Assembly: GCA_034530615.2 (NCBI GenBank) | Contig: JAVRCV020000007.1 | Span: forward strand, 32,001 to 96,000 | Direction: 5' to 3' | DNA length: 64,000 nucleotides | DNA from: Aulosira sp. ZfuVER01 | Lineage (GTDB): Bacteria > Cyanobacteriota > Cyanobacteriia > Cyanobacteriales > Nostocaceae | Shown here: positions 38,654-49,900 of the stretch, one piece after another | Layout of the letters: each line of letters begins with the position of its first letter | Numbering within the stretch: the stretch's first letter is position 1 | The notes under the pieces: generated by a model | Seen by the model: the letters and a program-made list of their open reading frames with translations, nothing else | Databases searched by the model: none | Told to the model about the DNA's origin: nothing | Position numbers and translations under genes: made by a program

Positions 38654-39769
38654 TCAGGCAATTGCTAAGTAATTTTTCACAATTTCCAAGATGTGCTCGG
38701 CTGCTTTACCATCGCCAAAAGGATTAATTGCGTTTGCCATAGTTTCATAGGCTACTGGGTTACTTAGCAACTCAGCCGCAGCCGCAACAATATTTTCACT
38801 TTGAGTTCCTACAAGTTTAGCTGTACCCGCAGCCACGGCTTCTGGCCTTTCTGTAGTTTCTCTAAGAACTAGTACAGGCTTACCAAGGCTGGGTGCTTCT
38901 TCTTGCAATCCACCAGAGTCAGTTAGTAAAAAGTGCGATCGCCCAATTGCACCTACCAATTCAGCATAATCTAAAGGTTCTGTCAAAAAAACGCGGGGAT
39001 GATCTCCCAAAAGTGCTTGCAATGGTTCTCTTACCGTAGGATTGCGGTGTAATGGTAGTAGCAAAGCTGTATCAGGAAACTTATCTAATATCTGTAAAAA
39101 CCCTTCGGCAATTCCTTGCAGTGGTTCTCCCCAATTCTCCCGCCGATGCACTGTTGCCAGCAGCGTGCGGTATGATGACCAGTCTAAACCTGGTATATTG
39201 CAAGCTGGTTGAGTCGCAGCTACATTTAACAGCGCATCAATTACAGTGTTACCCGTTAAATGAATTTCACCCAAAACGCCAGAATGCTGTAAGTTTTCTA
39301 CCGCCAGAGGAGTTGGTGCAAAGTGCAATTGAGTAAGTTGCGAAATCAGCCGTCGGTTAGCTTCTTCAGGATAAGGATTAAATAAATCATCAGTTCTTAA
39401 TCCAGCTTCCACATGACCTACAGGAATTTTTTGATAAAACGCCGCTAAAGCTGCGGCAAAAGCTGTAGTAGTATCTCCCTGGACTATGACTAAATCTGGT
39501 TTACTCTGATTAAATAAAGCTTCTAAACCTCGTAGACTGCGACAGGTAATGTCACTCAAAGATTGCTGAGGTTGCATAATCTCCAAGTTACCATCTGCTT
39601 TCAGGTTGAACAGCTGCATTACTTGCTCAACCATTTCCCGATGCTGTCCAGTCAGAATTACTTGCGACTCAAAATCTGGGGACCTTTGAAAGACTTGAAT
39701 TACCGGAGCTAGTTTAATCGCCTCCGGACGAGTACCTAAGATTATATAAACTCGTTTTTGATTAGTCAT
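38654..39769 (-). CDS. wecB: UDP-N-acetylglucosamine 2-epimerase
   Basis: GTRPEAIKLAP, QGDTTT, HVEAGLR, HRRENWG, TDSGGLQEEAP and NPFGDG. Confidence 0.96.
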   Translation of the reverse strand: MTNQKRVYIILGTRPEAIKLAPVIQVFQRSPDFESQVILTGQHREMVEQVMQLFNLKADGNLEIMQPQQSLSDITCRSLRGLEALFNQSKPDLVIVQGDTTTAFAAALAAFYQKIPVGHVEAGLRTDDLFNPYPEEANRRLISQLTQLHFAPTPLAVENLQHSGVLGEIHLTGNTVIDALLNVAATQPACNIPGLDWSSYRTLLATVHRRENWGEPLQGIAEGFLQILDKFPDTALLLPLHRNPTVREPLQALLGDHPRVFLTEPLDYAELVGAIGRSHFLLTDSGGLQEEAPSLGKPVLVLRETTERPEAVAAGTAKLVGTQSENIVAAAAELLSNPVAYETMANAINPFGDGKAAEHILEIVKNYLAIA

Positions 39770-39962
39770 TAGTCATTGGTCATGGGTCATTGGTCAATAG
39801 TCAATAGTGATGAAGAATTTCTCATCCGTCAATCCCTAAAATTTGGAGATGAAGGGTATTAAGAGAGAGAAAGCAGGGGGACAGGGGGAGCAGGAGAGGA
39901 TGAGGAAGATGAGGGGGAGCAGAACTAATGACCATTGCCCCATGCCCAATGCCCAATGACCA
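39760..39962. repeat. Short tandem repeats (ATTRGTC, GGGGA-rich, CCCAATG)
   Basis: Heptamer arrays upstream of wecB. Confidence 0.75.
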
Positions 39963-39976
39963 AATTTATAAACATG

Positions 39977-39997
39977 AAAAAACCCGGCTTAACCGGG
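39977..39997 (-). terminator. Rho-independent terminator of the 40026 gene
   Basis: Minus strand CCCGG-TTAAG-CCGGG-TTTTTT. Confidence 0.7.
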
Positions 39998-40025
39998 CAG
40001 ATGTACTGTTTGTCGAATTCAGCAA

Positions 40026-40400
40026 TTACATTTTGAGATCGCAAGTTAATGGGCAAGCAGCGTAGACAGTAGTCTGCATTTCTTCTGCTTCACCATGTAG
40101 CCAACTCAACCATTTGATTTGTTTTGGATGTACTCCCTTAGCAGTTAGTACTCCAGCAGCAAATAAAACTGCCAAAACATTAAACATAATCAAACCGCCT
40201 GCTACAAGCAAAACAGCACTAACAGGCATCACAGATTGCAGAACAATCGACAACAGACACCCGACCGTAGCCATCAAAACAACTAACGGAAATCCGACAA
40301 CCAACAAACAAACTGCCAATGTGAAAGTCCAGATCAAAAAACTCTTGATCATTAACAAGGAGTAGGTCTTTCCGAGATTAGAGCTTTCAGCCGAAACCAT
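40026..40400 (-). CDS. Hypothetical membrane protein
   Basis: Long hydrophobic stretch, C-terminal ACPLTC; ATG at 40400 preceded by GGAGG; followed by a terminator. Confidence 0.7.
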   Translation of the reverse strand: MVSAESSNLGKTYSLLMIKSFLIWTFTLAVCLLVVGFPLVVLMATVGCLLSIVLQSVMPVSAVLLVAGGLIMFNVLAVLFAAGVLTAKGVHPKQIKWLSWLHGEAEEMQTTVYAACPLTCDLKM

Positions 40401-41118
40401 GACTTTTCCTCCCAAAATACACAGCAAAAATTTAACTTCAGATATCTCGCTTTCACGAGTAAACTGAACTATTTAATTAGAAGTTAAGTATATAAAAACC
40501 TACTCCTAAGATGAGCATTTATTTACTAAAGTTTACAGTTAATTTTTTATAATTATGAATGTAAACTCCAGTTCACATATAGGTAAAAAGCTGGGGATCA
40601 GCATCTATCTGGAGGTATATAAGCTAAAATTTGTCTGCTTGACAGATATGTTGTAGACGCCTTACTTCGACTTTGCTTAACATTTCTTATAATAATAGAC
40701 TTTTGTTCTCATAATTCTGAGATGGGGCTGAATAAAATATCTGCTACTGTTTTTGCTGTTAATTGCTAACAAGTTTTGTCTGTGCCTAGATGAAATTTCT
40801 CATCTAAACACGGAAAAGTATTTACTATTAAAGCAAATGTTACTTTAAATACTTATTTAAAACAGAATATTTACTGATACTCACAAAGGTAGTGAGTATG
40901 TTAAACAGGATTATATTGAGCTTTAAAAAAACATTGAAATAATAGGTGAAAACAAGCTAGTAAAAAAAAATACTAAAAGTATTCATGAACATAAACTGAC
41001 TGTTGCTTTCACGTACTGAGCCAACAGACGCCGACTGCTATACCTTTAAGCCTCTTTAAGGCATCCACAAGTGACTTGTTTCTAATTTAATTTTTTGTTC
41101 GCCTCATTGTAAACATTT

Positions 41119-42441
41119 ATGACAGACTTACAGCGTCCACCAAGTTCCAACTCCGCTGCTACACGTCCTGCACCACCGCCACCACCAGCACCACCATTAC
41201 CACCGCCAGCGCCACCACCACCAACGTTAAGTACACAACGTCAGGCTACACAAACGCTTGATATGTCAAACTATCCTGGGGTTCCCCCAGCACCACCATC
41301 TACTTCTACACCTGTTGCGGCTCATCGTCCTGGTACTCCACCGCCAATTCCTAATGTTGCAGCTAACCAAAGCAACAGTTCGGGACTAAAATTAGAACAC
41401 CTGATTCAGGAAGCTTACGATAAAGGCTTTTCTGACGTTCACCTTGGTGTAGGTGAAATACCCCGCTTTCGCAACCGTGGCGAAATTGAGATAACGAATT
41501 ATCCACAAACAGACAAAGAAACTTTTGTGAGTTGGATGCGGGAGGTATTAACAGAAGGGGAAATTCAACGCTTTGAAGAACATTTAGAATTTGACGGTGC
41601 AACCCAGTACGACTTTGCTCGCGTGCGGATCAATATCTTCGACTCTTTAAGGGGCTATGCAATGGTACTGCGGTTAATTCCGCTAAAAATCTTAACAATG
41701 GAGCAATTGCGATTACCCGCTGTTTTTCGGGAGATCTGTCATGTTCATAAGGGTTTAATTTTGGTAACTGGGCCCACTGGTTCTGGTAAATCTACAACGA
41801 TGGCGGCAATGATTGACTACATCAATAAAGAAATGCCGAAGCACATCATTACCATCGAAGACCCAATCGAATTTGTCCACAAAAGCCAAAAATCGTTGAT
41901 TAAACAACGGGAAGTGGGAATGCACACCCGTAAATTTGATAACGCCTTAAAAGCAGCGTTACGGGAAGACCCAGATTTGATTCTAGTGGGTGAAATGCGG
42001 GACAAGGAAACAGTCAACACAGCGTTAAAAGCTGCTCAGACTGGTCACTTGGTAATGGGAACCCTGCACACGAATAGTGCGGTAAAAACCATTGAACGGA
42101 TATTAAATCTCTACTCTGGCGAAGAACAAGATGCTATGCGAGTGGCAATTTCTGAGTCTCTTGTTTCAGTCATTGCCCAAGGTTTGTGTCGCACGACTGA
42201 TGGTAAGCGTGCTGCATTCCACGATATCCTAATTAATACTGAGGCAGTTAAGGAATGGATCAAAGACGGTAAATATGATGAAATTACCGAACTGATGAAG
42301 CAAGCCAGTTTTGATGGGATGGTTACTATGAATCAGTCGTTGTATAACCTCTATCAAGACGGACGCATCACTGAAGAAACAGCCTTGGAAATGTCACCAA
42401 CTCCTAACGAAATGGCACAATTTCTCCGAGGACGAGTTTAA
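41119..42441 (+). CDS. pilT: Type IV pilus retraction ATPase with Pro-rich N-terminus (PilT2-type)
   Basis: SDVHL, GPTGSGKSTT, TIEDPIE, ALREDPD, GEMRD and GTLHTNSA. Confidence 0.93.
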   Translation: MTDLQRPPSSNSAATRPAPPPPPAPPLPPPAPPPPTLSTQRQATQTLDMSNYPGVPPAPPSTSTPVAAHRPGTPPPIPNVAANQSNSSGLKLEHLIQEAYDKGFSDVHLGVGEIPRFRNRGEIEITNYPQTDKETFVSWMREVLTEGEIQRFEEHLEFDGATQYDFARVRINIFDSLRGYAMVLRLIPLKILTMEQLRLPAVFREICHVHKGLILVTGPTGSGKSTTMAAMIDYINKEMPKHIITIEDPIEFVHKSQKSLIKQREVGMHTRKFDNALKAALREDPDLILVGEMRDKETVNTALKAAQTGHLVMGTLHTNSAVKTIERILNLYSGEEQDAMRVAISESLVSVIAQGLCRTTDGKRAAFHDILINTEAVKEWIKDGKYDEITELMKQASFDGMVTMNQSLYNLYQDGRITEETALEMSPTPNEMAQFLRGRV

Positions 42442-42445
42442 CCAA

Positions 42446-42603
42446 CAAAGGCAGAGGGCAGAAGGCAGAAGGCAGAAGGGAGCAGGGGGACAAGGAGGAC
42501 AAGGAGGACAAGGGAGTGTGGGGAGTTTTCTTCCCTATCTCCTCATCTTCCCCCAATACCCAAAGGGAACCCCAATGCCCAATGCCCCATACCCAATGCC
42601 CAT
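42446..42603. repeat. Short tandem repeats (GGCAGAA, GGACAAG, CCCAATG)
   Basis: Tandem arrays between pilT and the KaiB-domain gene. Confidence 0.8.
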
Positions 42604-42635
42604 AAGTGTTAAGTTCCCAATTTCCCTGAACTGAC

Positions 42636-43397
42636 TTGAATACAGGCAAAATATCTCAACCCCAGCTATTTAAAGGTATTGCCCTATTTACACCGGGAGG
42701 AGATTTGATTTACAGCATCGACCCCAGTAAACAGGGTCGATGGCATTTGCATTTGTGTGCCGCTTTACAAGAGATATTAGACTTAGCAGAACCGCCTCAT
42801 TTTTTAGTTCCTTGTTACACTGCGACTGTCGATCATTGGTTAGATCCGCGTACACAACAAGTGCGAACCTTTGCTGAAGCCTATCCAGCAGTTTTGAGGC
42901 ATCAGGCTGTACTGAATGCTATTTTTGGCACAGGGGATTTAGTATGGCAAGCAGCACCCTGGCCGGACGGATTGTGCGATCGCATGGTCTTGGCAACTTA
43001 CCGCTCCTCATTTCCCCAACTTTGGGAAGACCATGACTTAATTGTGCAATTAGATGTTGCCGAACCGGCGTTTAAGTACGATCGCATTCCCAAAAAGGCG
43101 CAAAATTTACCTTTAACAACCCAAGCCTATGTTTTGCGGTTGTTTGTAGCAGGACATAGTGCAGCCACCGAACGCATCCTGCATAATTTACACGAACTAT
43201 TAGAGCGATCGCTTGCACAACCCTATACTTTAAAAGTTATTGATGTTTTAACTAATCCAGAACAAGCAGAAATCGATCAGGTAAGTGCTACCCCCACTCT
43301 CGTGAAAGTCTGGCCGCAACCAATTCGCCGCTTGGTTGGAGATTTGGATCGTGTAGAAAAAATCTTACAAATGTTAGGCACTCAAGAAAAGTTTTAA
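42636..43397 (+). CDS. KaiB-domain protein (extra N-terminal domain + C-terminal KaiB/SasA-like domain)
   Basis: YVLRLFVAG...YTLKVIDV...ATPTLVKVWPQPIRRLVGDL; TTG start. Confidence 0.8.
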   Translation: MNTGKISQPQLFKGIALFTPGGDLIYSIDPSKQGRWHLHLCAALQEILDLAEPPHFLVPCYTATVDHWLDPRTQQVRTFAEAYPAVLRHQAVLNAIFGTGDLVWQAAPWPDGLCDRMVLATYRSSFPQLWEDHDLIVQLDVAEPAFKYDRIPKKAQNLPLTTQAYVLRLFVAGHSAATERILHNLHELLERSLAQPYTLKVIDVLTNPEQAEIDQVSATPTLVKVWPQPIRRLVGDLDRVEKILQMLGTQEKF

Positions 43398-43647
43398 AGT
43401 GTAAAAATTTAGGATGACAATCGCTCTAAATTACAAAAGTCAATAACAGATATATTAGTGTCTTTCGTGTGACTATGCCTTTCAATATAGTCACATATAA
43501 GTATGCTTTACACTCTCATTTCAGCAATTAGATAGTTGGAAAGAGACTTACAAGAATGTTTTAATCTTATTCAAGGATTTGCAATTAAATCTCAACATCT
43601 TCTCAATATAACGCCAGTAATTTTTAGTTCAGGAGTAATTCCAAACT

Positions 43648-43920
43648 ATGGAAAATACACTAGTTGATAAAACCTTCCGTGACAGCGAAGGAAAAATTGT
43701 TATAGCTCAGATGCCAAACCCACCACTTATTGTTTGGATAGTGACTAGTTTACTAGCTCTGATTTTTACAGGTGGCAAAATAAATACAGTGTTAGACGTA
43801 CTAGCAAATGGTTCTTTGTTTACTTGGGCGTGGTTGGAATTATTTGAAGGTGTTAATTATTTTCGCAGAGCGCTAGGTCTTGTCGTATTAATTGGTATTG
43901 TTGCATTAAAAATTCAGTAG
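43648..43920 (+). CDS. Small membrane protein
   Basis: AGGAG RBS, FRDSEGKIVIAQMPNPP and GVNYFRR, hydrophobic helices. Confidence 0.7.
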   Translation: MENTLVDKTFRDSEGKIVIAQMPNPPLIVWIVTSLLALIFTGGKINTVLDVLANGSLFTWAWLELFEGVNYFRRALGLVVLIGIVALKIQ

Positions 43921-43945
43921 TCATAACAGACTAGGTAACAGCATT

Positions 43946-46849
43946 TTAGATTTTGGATTTTGCATGGGAAATGGCTTGTGGCGGATACTGCTGCAACACC
44001 TGACGCAAATATTCGCCAGTGTAAGACCTGGAATTATTTGCCACTTCTTCTGGTGTTCCCGCCGCAATCACCTCTCCTCCTTTGTCGCCACCATCTGGGC
44101 CTAAATCTATCACCCAATCAGCACAACGAATTACATCTAAATTATGTTCAATTACTAAAATTGAATTGCCCTTATCCACTAAACGTTGTACTACATCTAG
44201 CAGCTTGTGAACATCATAAAAAGATAATCCTGTTGTTGGTTCATCTATTAAATAAAGTGTCTTACCTGTAGCGCGGCGAGATAATTCTGTTGCTAATTTT
44301 ACGCGCTGTGCTTCACCACCAGATAAGGTAGTTGCAGGTTGACCAAGTTGAATATAACCCAACCCAACATCAAGTAAAGTTTGTAAGCGATTGACAGCTT
44401 TGGGAATGTTTTGGAAAAAGTCTAAACTTTCTTCCACTGTCATGTTGAGAACGTCAGAAATACTCTTATCTTTGTATTTCACTTGCAAAGTTTCGCGATT
44501 ATATCTCGCACCTTTACAAATTTCACATTGCACGTAAACGTCGGGTAAAAAGTTCATTTCAATGACATTTACACCTTGTCCGCTACAGGCTTCGCAACGT
44601 CCACCTTTAACGTTAAAAGAGAATTGTCCAGGTTTATAACCTCTAGCTTTAGCTTCTACTGTTTGGGAAAATACATCCCGAATAACATCAAAAACACCTG
44701 TGTAAGTTGCAGGGTTAGAACGTGGTGTTCTTCCAATGGGAGATTGATCGATAACTATCGCTTTATCAACAGCATTTAAACCTTTAATTTCCTGCAACTC
44801 TTTTGGTAAAGGAACTCTTTTAGTTAAATGGTGTTGCAATGCTGGATAGAGTAATTCGTTAATTAAGGTAGATTTCCCAGAACCAGAAACACCAGTGACG
44901 GCGACAAGTTTACCTAAGGGAATTTCTACATCGATATTTTTGAGATTGTTGCGATAAGCATTATGAATTACTAAACTTCGTCCATTCCCTTCTCGGCGTT
45001 CTGCTGATGTGGTAATTACTCTTCTTCCTGATAAGTAAGCACCTGTTAAAGAGTCTTCTGCTGTTAGCAATGCCTGCAAATCGCCTTGGGCGACAATATT
45101 TCCGCCATGAATTCCCGCACCAGGGCCAATATCAACAATGTGGTTTGCTGCACGAATAGTTTCTTCATCATGCTCAACCACAATTAATGTATTACCTAAA
45201 TCACGTAATTTAGTTAAAGTTTTGAGTAATCTGCCATTATCTCGTTGATGCAAACCAATACTTGGTTCATCTAAAACGTAAAGAACTCCTGTTAAACCCG
45301 AACCAATTTGTGTGGCGAGGCGAATGCGTTGGGCTTCGCCACCAGAAAGAGTCATTGCAGGACGGTCAAGGGTGAGGTAATCTAAACCTACATCTAACAA
45401 AAATTGCAATCTAGCTTTAATTTCTCTCAGGACTAAATCAGCTATCTGAAATTGGCGATCGCTCAATTTCAACTCATCGATTTTCTGGCGAGAATCCCGA
45501 ATTGAAACACCAGTTAAATCTAAAATTTGGTACTGCCCTAATCTCACAGCCAAGGCTTCTGGTTTTAATCTTTTACCACTACAAACTTCGCAGGGCTGAT
45601 CGATTAAATAATCTTCTAATTTTTGCTTAATTAGCTCCGAACCGCCTTCATATTGCCTTTGGAGTATGGGAATTACACCTTTAAAACTCTGCTTTTTCTC
45701 GGCTGCTGTAGTGGTTTTCTCTCCATGCAATATAATCTGCTGCTGTTCTGCTGTTAATTTACCCCACTGCACTTGTAACTCAAACCCGTAAGCTTGCCCC
45801 AAACTATAGAGCAATTCTAGATAGTAAGAATTATCTTTTTCTGACCAAGGTGCAATTGCTGCATAAACTGGTGCTTCACTATCAGGTATTATTAAATCTG
45901 GGGAAAATCGCTTTAAACTTCCTAGTCCATGACAGTTAGAGCAAGCACCATAAGGAGAATTAAAGGAGAATAATCGCGGTGATAATTCTTCCATTACTGC
46001 CCCATGTTCTGGGCAAGCAAAGTTTTCTGAAAATACTAATTCTTCTTCACTATCATTTGTCGTTTGTTCTTTGTCATGACTAATAACTATAGTGGCAATT
46101 CCATCTGATAGTTTGAGACAAGTAGATAGGGAATCTACCAAACGTTCCTGAATACCATCTTTTTTGATTAAGCGGTCAATTACTACTTCAATGGTGTGAT
46201 TGAAATTTTTATCTAACTCAATTGAATCAGATAGTTCTCTAACCTCGCCATCAACGCGCACCCGCACAAAACCTTGGGAAGCTAGACTTGATAATAGTTT
46301 GCGGTGTGTGCCTTTTTTACCTCGAACTACGGGGGCGAGGATTTGGAAGCGGGTGCGATCGCTTAATTCCATAATCCGATCTACCATCTCATCAATGGTT
46401 TGCGGTGAAATACAGCGATCGCATATCGGACAATGGGGTTCACCCGCCCTACCAAATAACAGTCGTAGATAATCGTAAATTTCTGTTACAGTGCCGACAG
46501 TAGAACGGGGGTTATGAGAAGTAGACTTTTGATCGATGGAAATTGCTGGACTTAAGCCTTCAATCGCTTCTACATCTGGCTTATCCAACTGTCCCAAGAA
46601 TTGCCGTGCATAGGCGCTGAGGGATTCCACATAGCGGCGTTGTCCTTCAGCAAAAATGGTATCAAATGCCAAAGACGATTTACCCGAACCGGAAACGCCA
46701 GTAAAAACAATCAGGCGATCGCGTGGTAATTCTAAATCAATATTTTTCAGATTATGCTGCCTAGCACCCCGAATACGAATCGTATTCTGGTTGTTGCTGG
46801 AGTGCGGAAGATGTCCATTTAAGGATACGGCTAGCTTTTGATCTGACAT
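43946..46849 (-). CDS. uvrA: Excinuclease ABC subunit A
   Basis: [10 protein letters not shown], two GxSGSGKS Walker A motifs, zinc fingers, LSGGEAQR twice. Confidence 0.98.
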   Translation of the reverse strand: MSDQKLAVSLNGHLPHSSNNQNTIRIRGARQHNLKNIDLELPRDRLIVFTGVSGSGKSSLAFDTIFAEGQRRYVESLSAYARQFLGQLDKPDVEAIEGLSPAISIDQKSTSHNPRSTVGTVTEIYDYLRLLFGRAGEPHCPICDRCISPQTIDEMVDRIMELSDRTRFQILAPVVRGKKGTHRKLLSSLASQGFVRVRVDGEVRELSDSIELDKNFNHTIEVVIDRLIKKDGIQERLVDSLSTCLKLSDGIATIVISHDKEQTTNDSEEELVFSENFACPEHGAVMEELSPRLFSFNSPYGACSNCHGLGSLKRFSPDLIIPDSEAPVYAAIAPWSEKDNSYYLELLYSLGQAYGFELQVQWGKLTAEQQQIILHGEKTTTAAEKKQSFKGVIPILQRQYEGGSELIKQKLEDYLIDQPCEVCSGKRLKPEALAVRLGQYQILDLTGVSIRDSRQKIDELKLSDRQFQIADLVLREIKARLQFLLDVGLDYLTLDRPAMTLSGGEAQRIRLATQIGSGLTGVLYVLDEPSIGLHQRDNGRLLKTLTKLRDLGNTLIVVEHDEETIRAANHIVDIGPGAGIHGGNIVAQGDLQALLTAEDSLTGAYLSGRRVITTSAERREGNGRSLVIHNAYRNNLKNIDVEIPLGKLVAVTGVSGSGKSTLINELLYPALQHHLTKRVPLPKELQEIKGLNAVDKAIVIDQSPIGRTPRSNPATYTGVFDVIRDVFSQTVEAKARGYKPGQFSFNVKGGRCEACSGQGVNVIEMNFLPDVYVQCEICKGARYNRETLQVKYKDKSISDVLNMTVEESLDFFQNIPKAVNRLQTLLDVGLGYIQLGQPATTLSGGEAQRVKLATELSRRATGKTLYLIDEPTTGLSFYDVHKLLDVVQRLVDKGNSILVIEHNLDVIRCADWVIDLGPDGGDKGGEVIAAGTPEEVANNSRSYTGEYLRQVLQQYPPQAISHAKSKI

Positions 46850-46919
46850 ATCGGCAAGCTGATTGTGAGGGCAGGCATGAAACAGTCCTTAATAATACTA
46901 TCTTGACCGCGCTTATAGT

Positions 46920-46933
46920 AGAACGTCCGTACT
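46920..46933 (-). promoter_or_regulatory. LexA (SOS) box-like site upstream of uvrA
   Basis: Minus strand AGTACGGACGTTCT, close to the cyanobacterial RGTACNNNDGTWCB consensus (one mismatch), about 70 bp upstream of the ATG. Confidence 0.7.
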
Positions 46934-46971
46934 GTTTTATTTTGGTAGTGATTTTACGACCTTGGGGGAAT

Positions 46972-49900
46972 TTATTTGAATTTTGAATTTTGAATTTTGA
47001 ATTCGGAGCGAAGCGACGTGACTTCTTGCTCGATCGCTATTGCTAATTCATCTGGATCGACAGGTTTACTAATGTGCTTTTGGAAACCTGATGCGAGAAT
47101 TTTTTGATTGTTAGCCTCTCCTGCAAATGCTGTCAGCGCGATCGCGGGTAGTCTGTCACCGCTTGATGCTTCCAATTCTCTCACTTGACGAATGAGTGTA
47201 TAACCGTCGATGTCTGGCATGGCGATATCACTAATTAATAAATCTGGTTGAATTTTGGCGATCGCATCCAGTGCTTCACCAGCTGAAGCAACGGCTGTGA
47301 CTTCAACGCCATATTGCTCCAAGATAAAGGTGATTAAATCCAGGCTATCAACATCATCATCCACAGCTACTATCCGCAAACCTTGAAGATGTGGGGAATC
47401 ATTCGGCAACTCTTTATCCTCATTTTGGGGAGAGACAACCTTCATCGTAGGTAGCGTGACTGTAAATGTTGCACCTAAACCATCTCCGGGACTGGCAACT
47501 TGCACAGAACCATCGTGGAGTTCGACAATATGACGGACAATTGCTAACCCTAACCCTAAACCACCAAATTTTCTGGTTGTTACATCGTCTGCTTGGCGAA
47601 AGCGTTCAAATACGTATGGCAGAAAGCCAAGGCTAATTCCTTTGCCTGTATCAGTGACTTGGATGTGGGCATCAGAGCCAAATTGTTGCAGTTGGATTTC
47701 TACTCTACCGCCTGCTGGGGTAAATTTGACAGCATTGGTCAGTAGATTCCCTATAACCTGCTGTAAGCGATTGGGATCGCCTTTTACTTTGCCTACAGTG
47801 GGGTCAAGCTGGGTGTGAATTTGAATCGATTTAGCTTCAGCTGCTAACCGCACAGTTTCCAGTGCTGCTTCAATAGTTGCAACCAGGTCAACTATACAAA
47901 TATTTAGGCTGAGTTTGCCACGAAGAATGCGGGAAACATCCAACAAATCGTCAATTAATTGTGTTTGCAATTTGGCATTGCGCTCGATAATTTCTAATGC
48001 TTGAGTTGTTTTTTCCGCAGTCAATTGACTATTGAGCAGAAGTGTTGACCAACCTAAAATCGGATTGAGTGGAGAGCGCAGTTCATGGGAGACAATTGCC
48101 AGAAAATCATCTTTCATACGGCTGGCTTTTTCTAACTCTATTCGGGCGGCGCGTTCCCGTTCTAAAGCCTGGGCACGTTCTTCAATCGCCAATTTTTGAT
48201 CGTGAATATCTGTGCAGGAGCCAAACCAGTTGATGATTTGACCTTGTTGATTTCGCAATGGAAATGCTCGTCCTAAATGCCAGCGGTATTCGCCATCAGC
48301 ACGCAGAAAACGGTACTCAATATCATAAGTTTTGCCAGTACGCAGACAATTTTGCCATATTTCAATTGTGCGTTGCACATCATCGGGATGGACAATGTTT
48401 TGCCATCCTTCACCTTGTGTTTCTTCTAAACTTTTTCCAGTGTATTCATACCAGCGTTGATTGAAATATTCATGATAGCCATCTGGTTGGGTAATCCAAA
48501 ATATTTGCGGCATTGTATCCGCTAACGTGCGAAACATTAATTCTCTTTGACGAATTGCGGCTTCGGCTTGCTTGCGATCGGTAATCTCAAACAGCATTCC
48601 CAACATCCGCACAGGCTGGCCTTGCTGATTGTACTGAAAGCGTCCAAAAGCTGACACCCAATGTAGGCTACCATCTGCCCAGATTACTCGGTATTCGTCT
48701 TCGTAATTTTGCTGCTTGGCCATCGCCGTTTGAACCTTTTTCTCAACGCGAGGCAGATCCTCAGGATGAACGCCGTTAACCCAATCCTGATAAGTTCTTT
48801 GTGGGTTTTCAGGCTCAAATCCAAAAATCATTTCATGGTAAGGAGTCCACACAACCCGATTAGTCTGGAGATCCCAATCCCACGATCCCATGCTGGCAGC
48901 ATCAAGTGCTAAAGTTAGACGTTCTTGGTTTTCCCGCAGTGCATTTTCTATCTGTTTACGTTCTGTTACATCCAAAAATGCCCCAATTACGCCGCGTACA
49001 GCACCATGTTCATCCCGCAAGGGCACAGCTTTGCCGTAGATCGATCGCACATCTTGGTCGCTAAAGACAAATTCACATTCCACTTCAACAGGTTCCCCAG
49101 TGCTACCTGCTAGTTGCATTGGTAATTCTTGCGGTGGAATATCTTGACCATTTTTTTGAATTTTAAATTTAAATGGATACTGTCCATCAGCAGGAGTAGC
49201 TGTTAACACTGATCCCGGTTTTAGCCGCATCAATTCATAAGCAGCTCGGTTTACGGTCATCTGATGGCAGTACGGATCGTGAGCAATCCAAACAGCAGCG
49301 GGAACCGTTTCCATGAAAGTTTCTAGTTCTTGGGCGCGTGCTTTAGCGATCGCTTCACTTTGTTGGAGAGCGAATTCTACTTGCTTATGATCGCTAATAT
49401 CAACATTGATTCCCACCATGCGTAAAGGTTTGCCCGCATCATCATAAAATACTTTTGCTCTGGCGTGCATCCAATGAATACTGCCATCTGGCCAAACCAC
49501 TCGCCAATCGGTGAACAATTCCCCTGTTGTTAGTGAAGCCATTACGTCTGCTTCTGCCTTCGCTAAATCATCGGGATGAACCCATCTCGCCCACTCTTCA
49601 TAACTTCCGCCAAACTCACCAGGCTTTAGACCATAGAGAGCTTCTAACTCTTTAGACCAAATATTAATATTAGTTTGAATATTCCACTCAAAGCTGCCAA
49701 TTTTTGCTGCCGCTTGTGCTAAATCTAACCTTTCTTGCTTTTGACGCAGCGTATCTTGGATTTGCTTTTTATTAGTAATATCAGTACAAACACCTACCCA
49801 CTCCCGAATGCTACCGGATTCTGTGACAACTGGTACACCACGCGCAGCAAAATCACGATAAATTCCATCTGCACCAAGTATCCGATATTCAGTCTCATAG

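Noticed and set aside
42636..43397. Calling this gene kaiB
   Set aside because: It is 253 aa with a large extra domain and has no kaiA or kaiC neighbours
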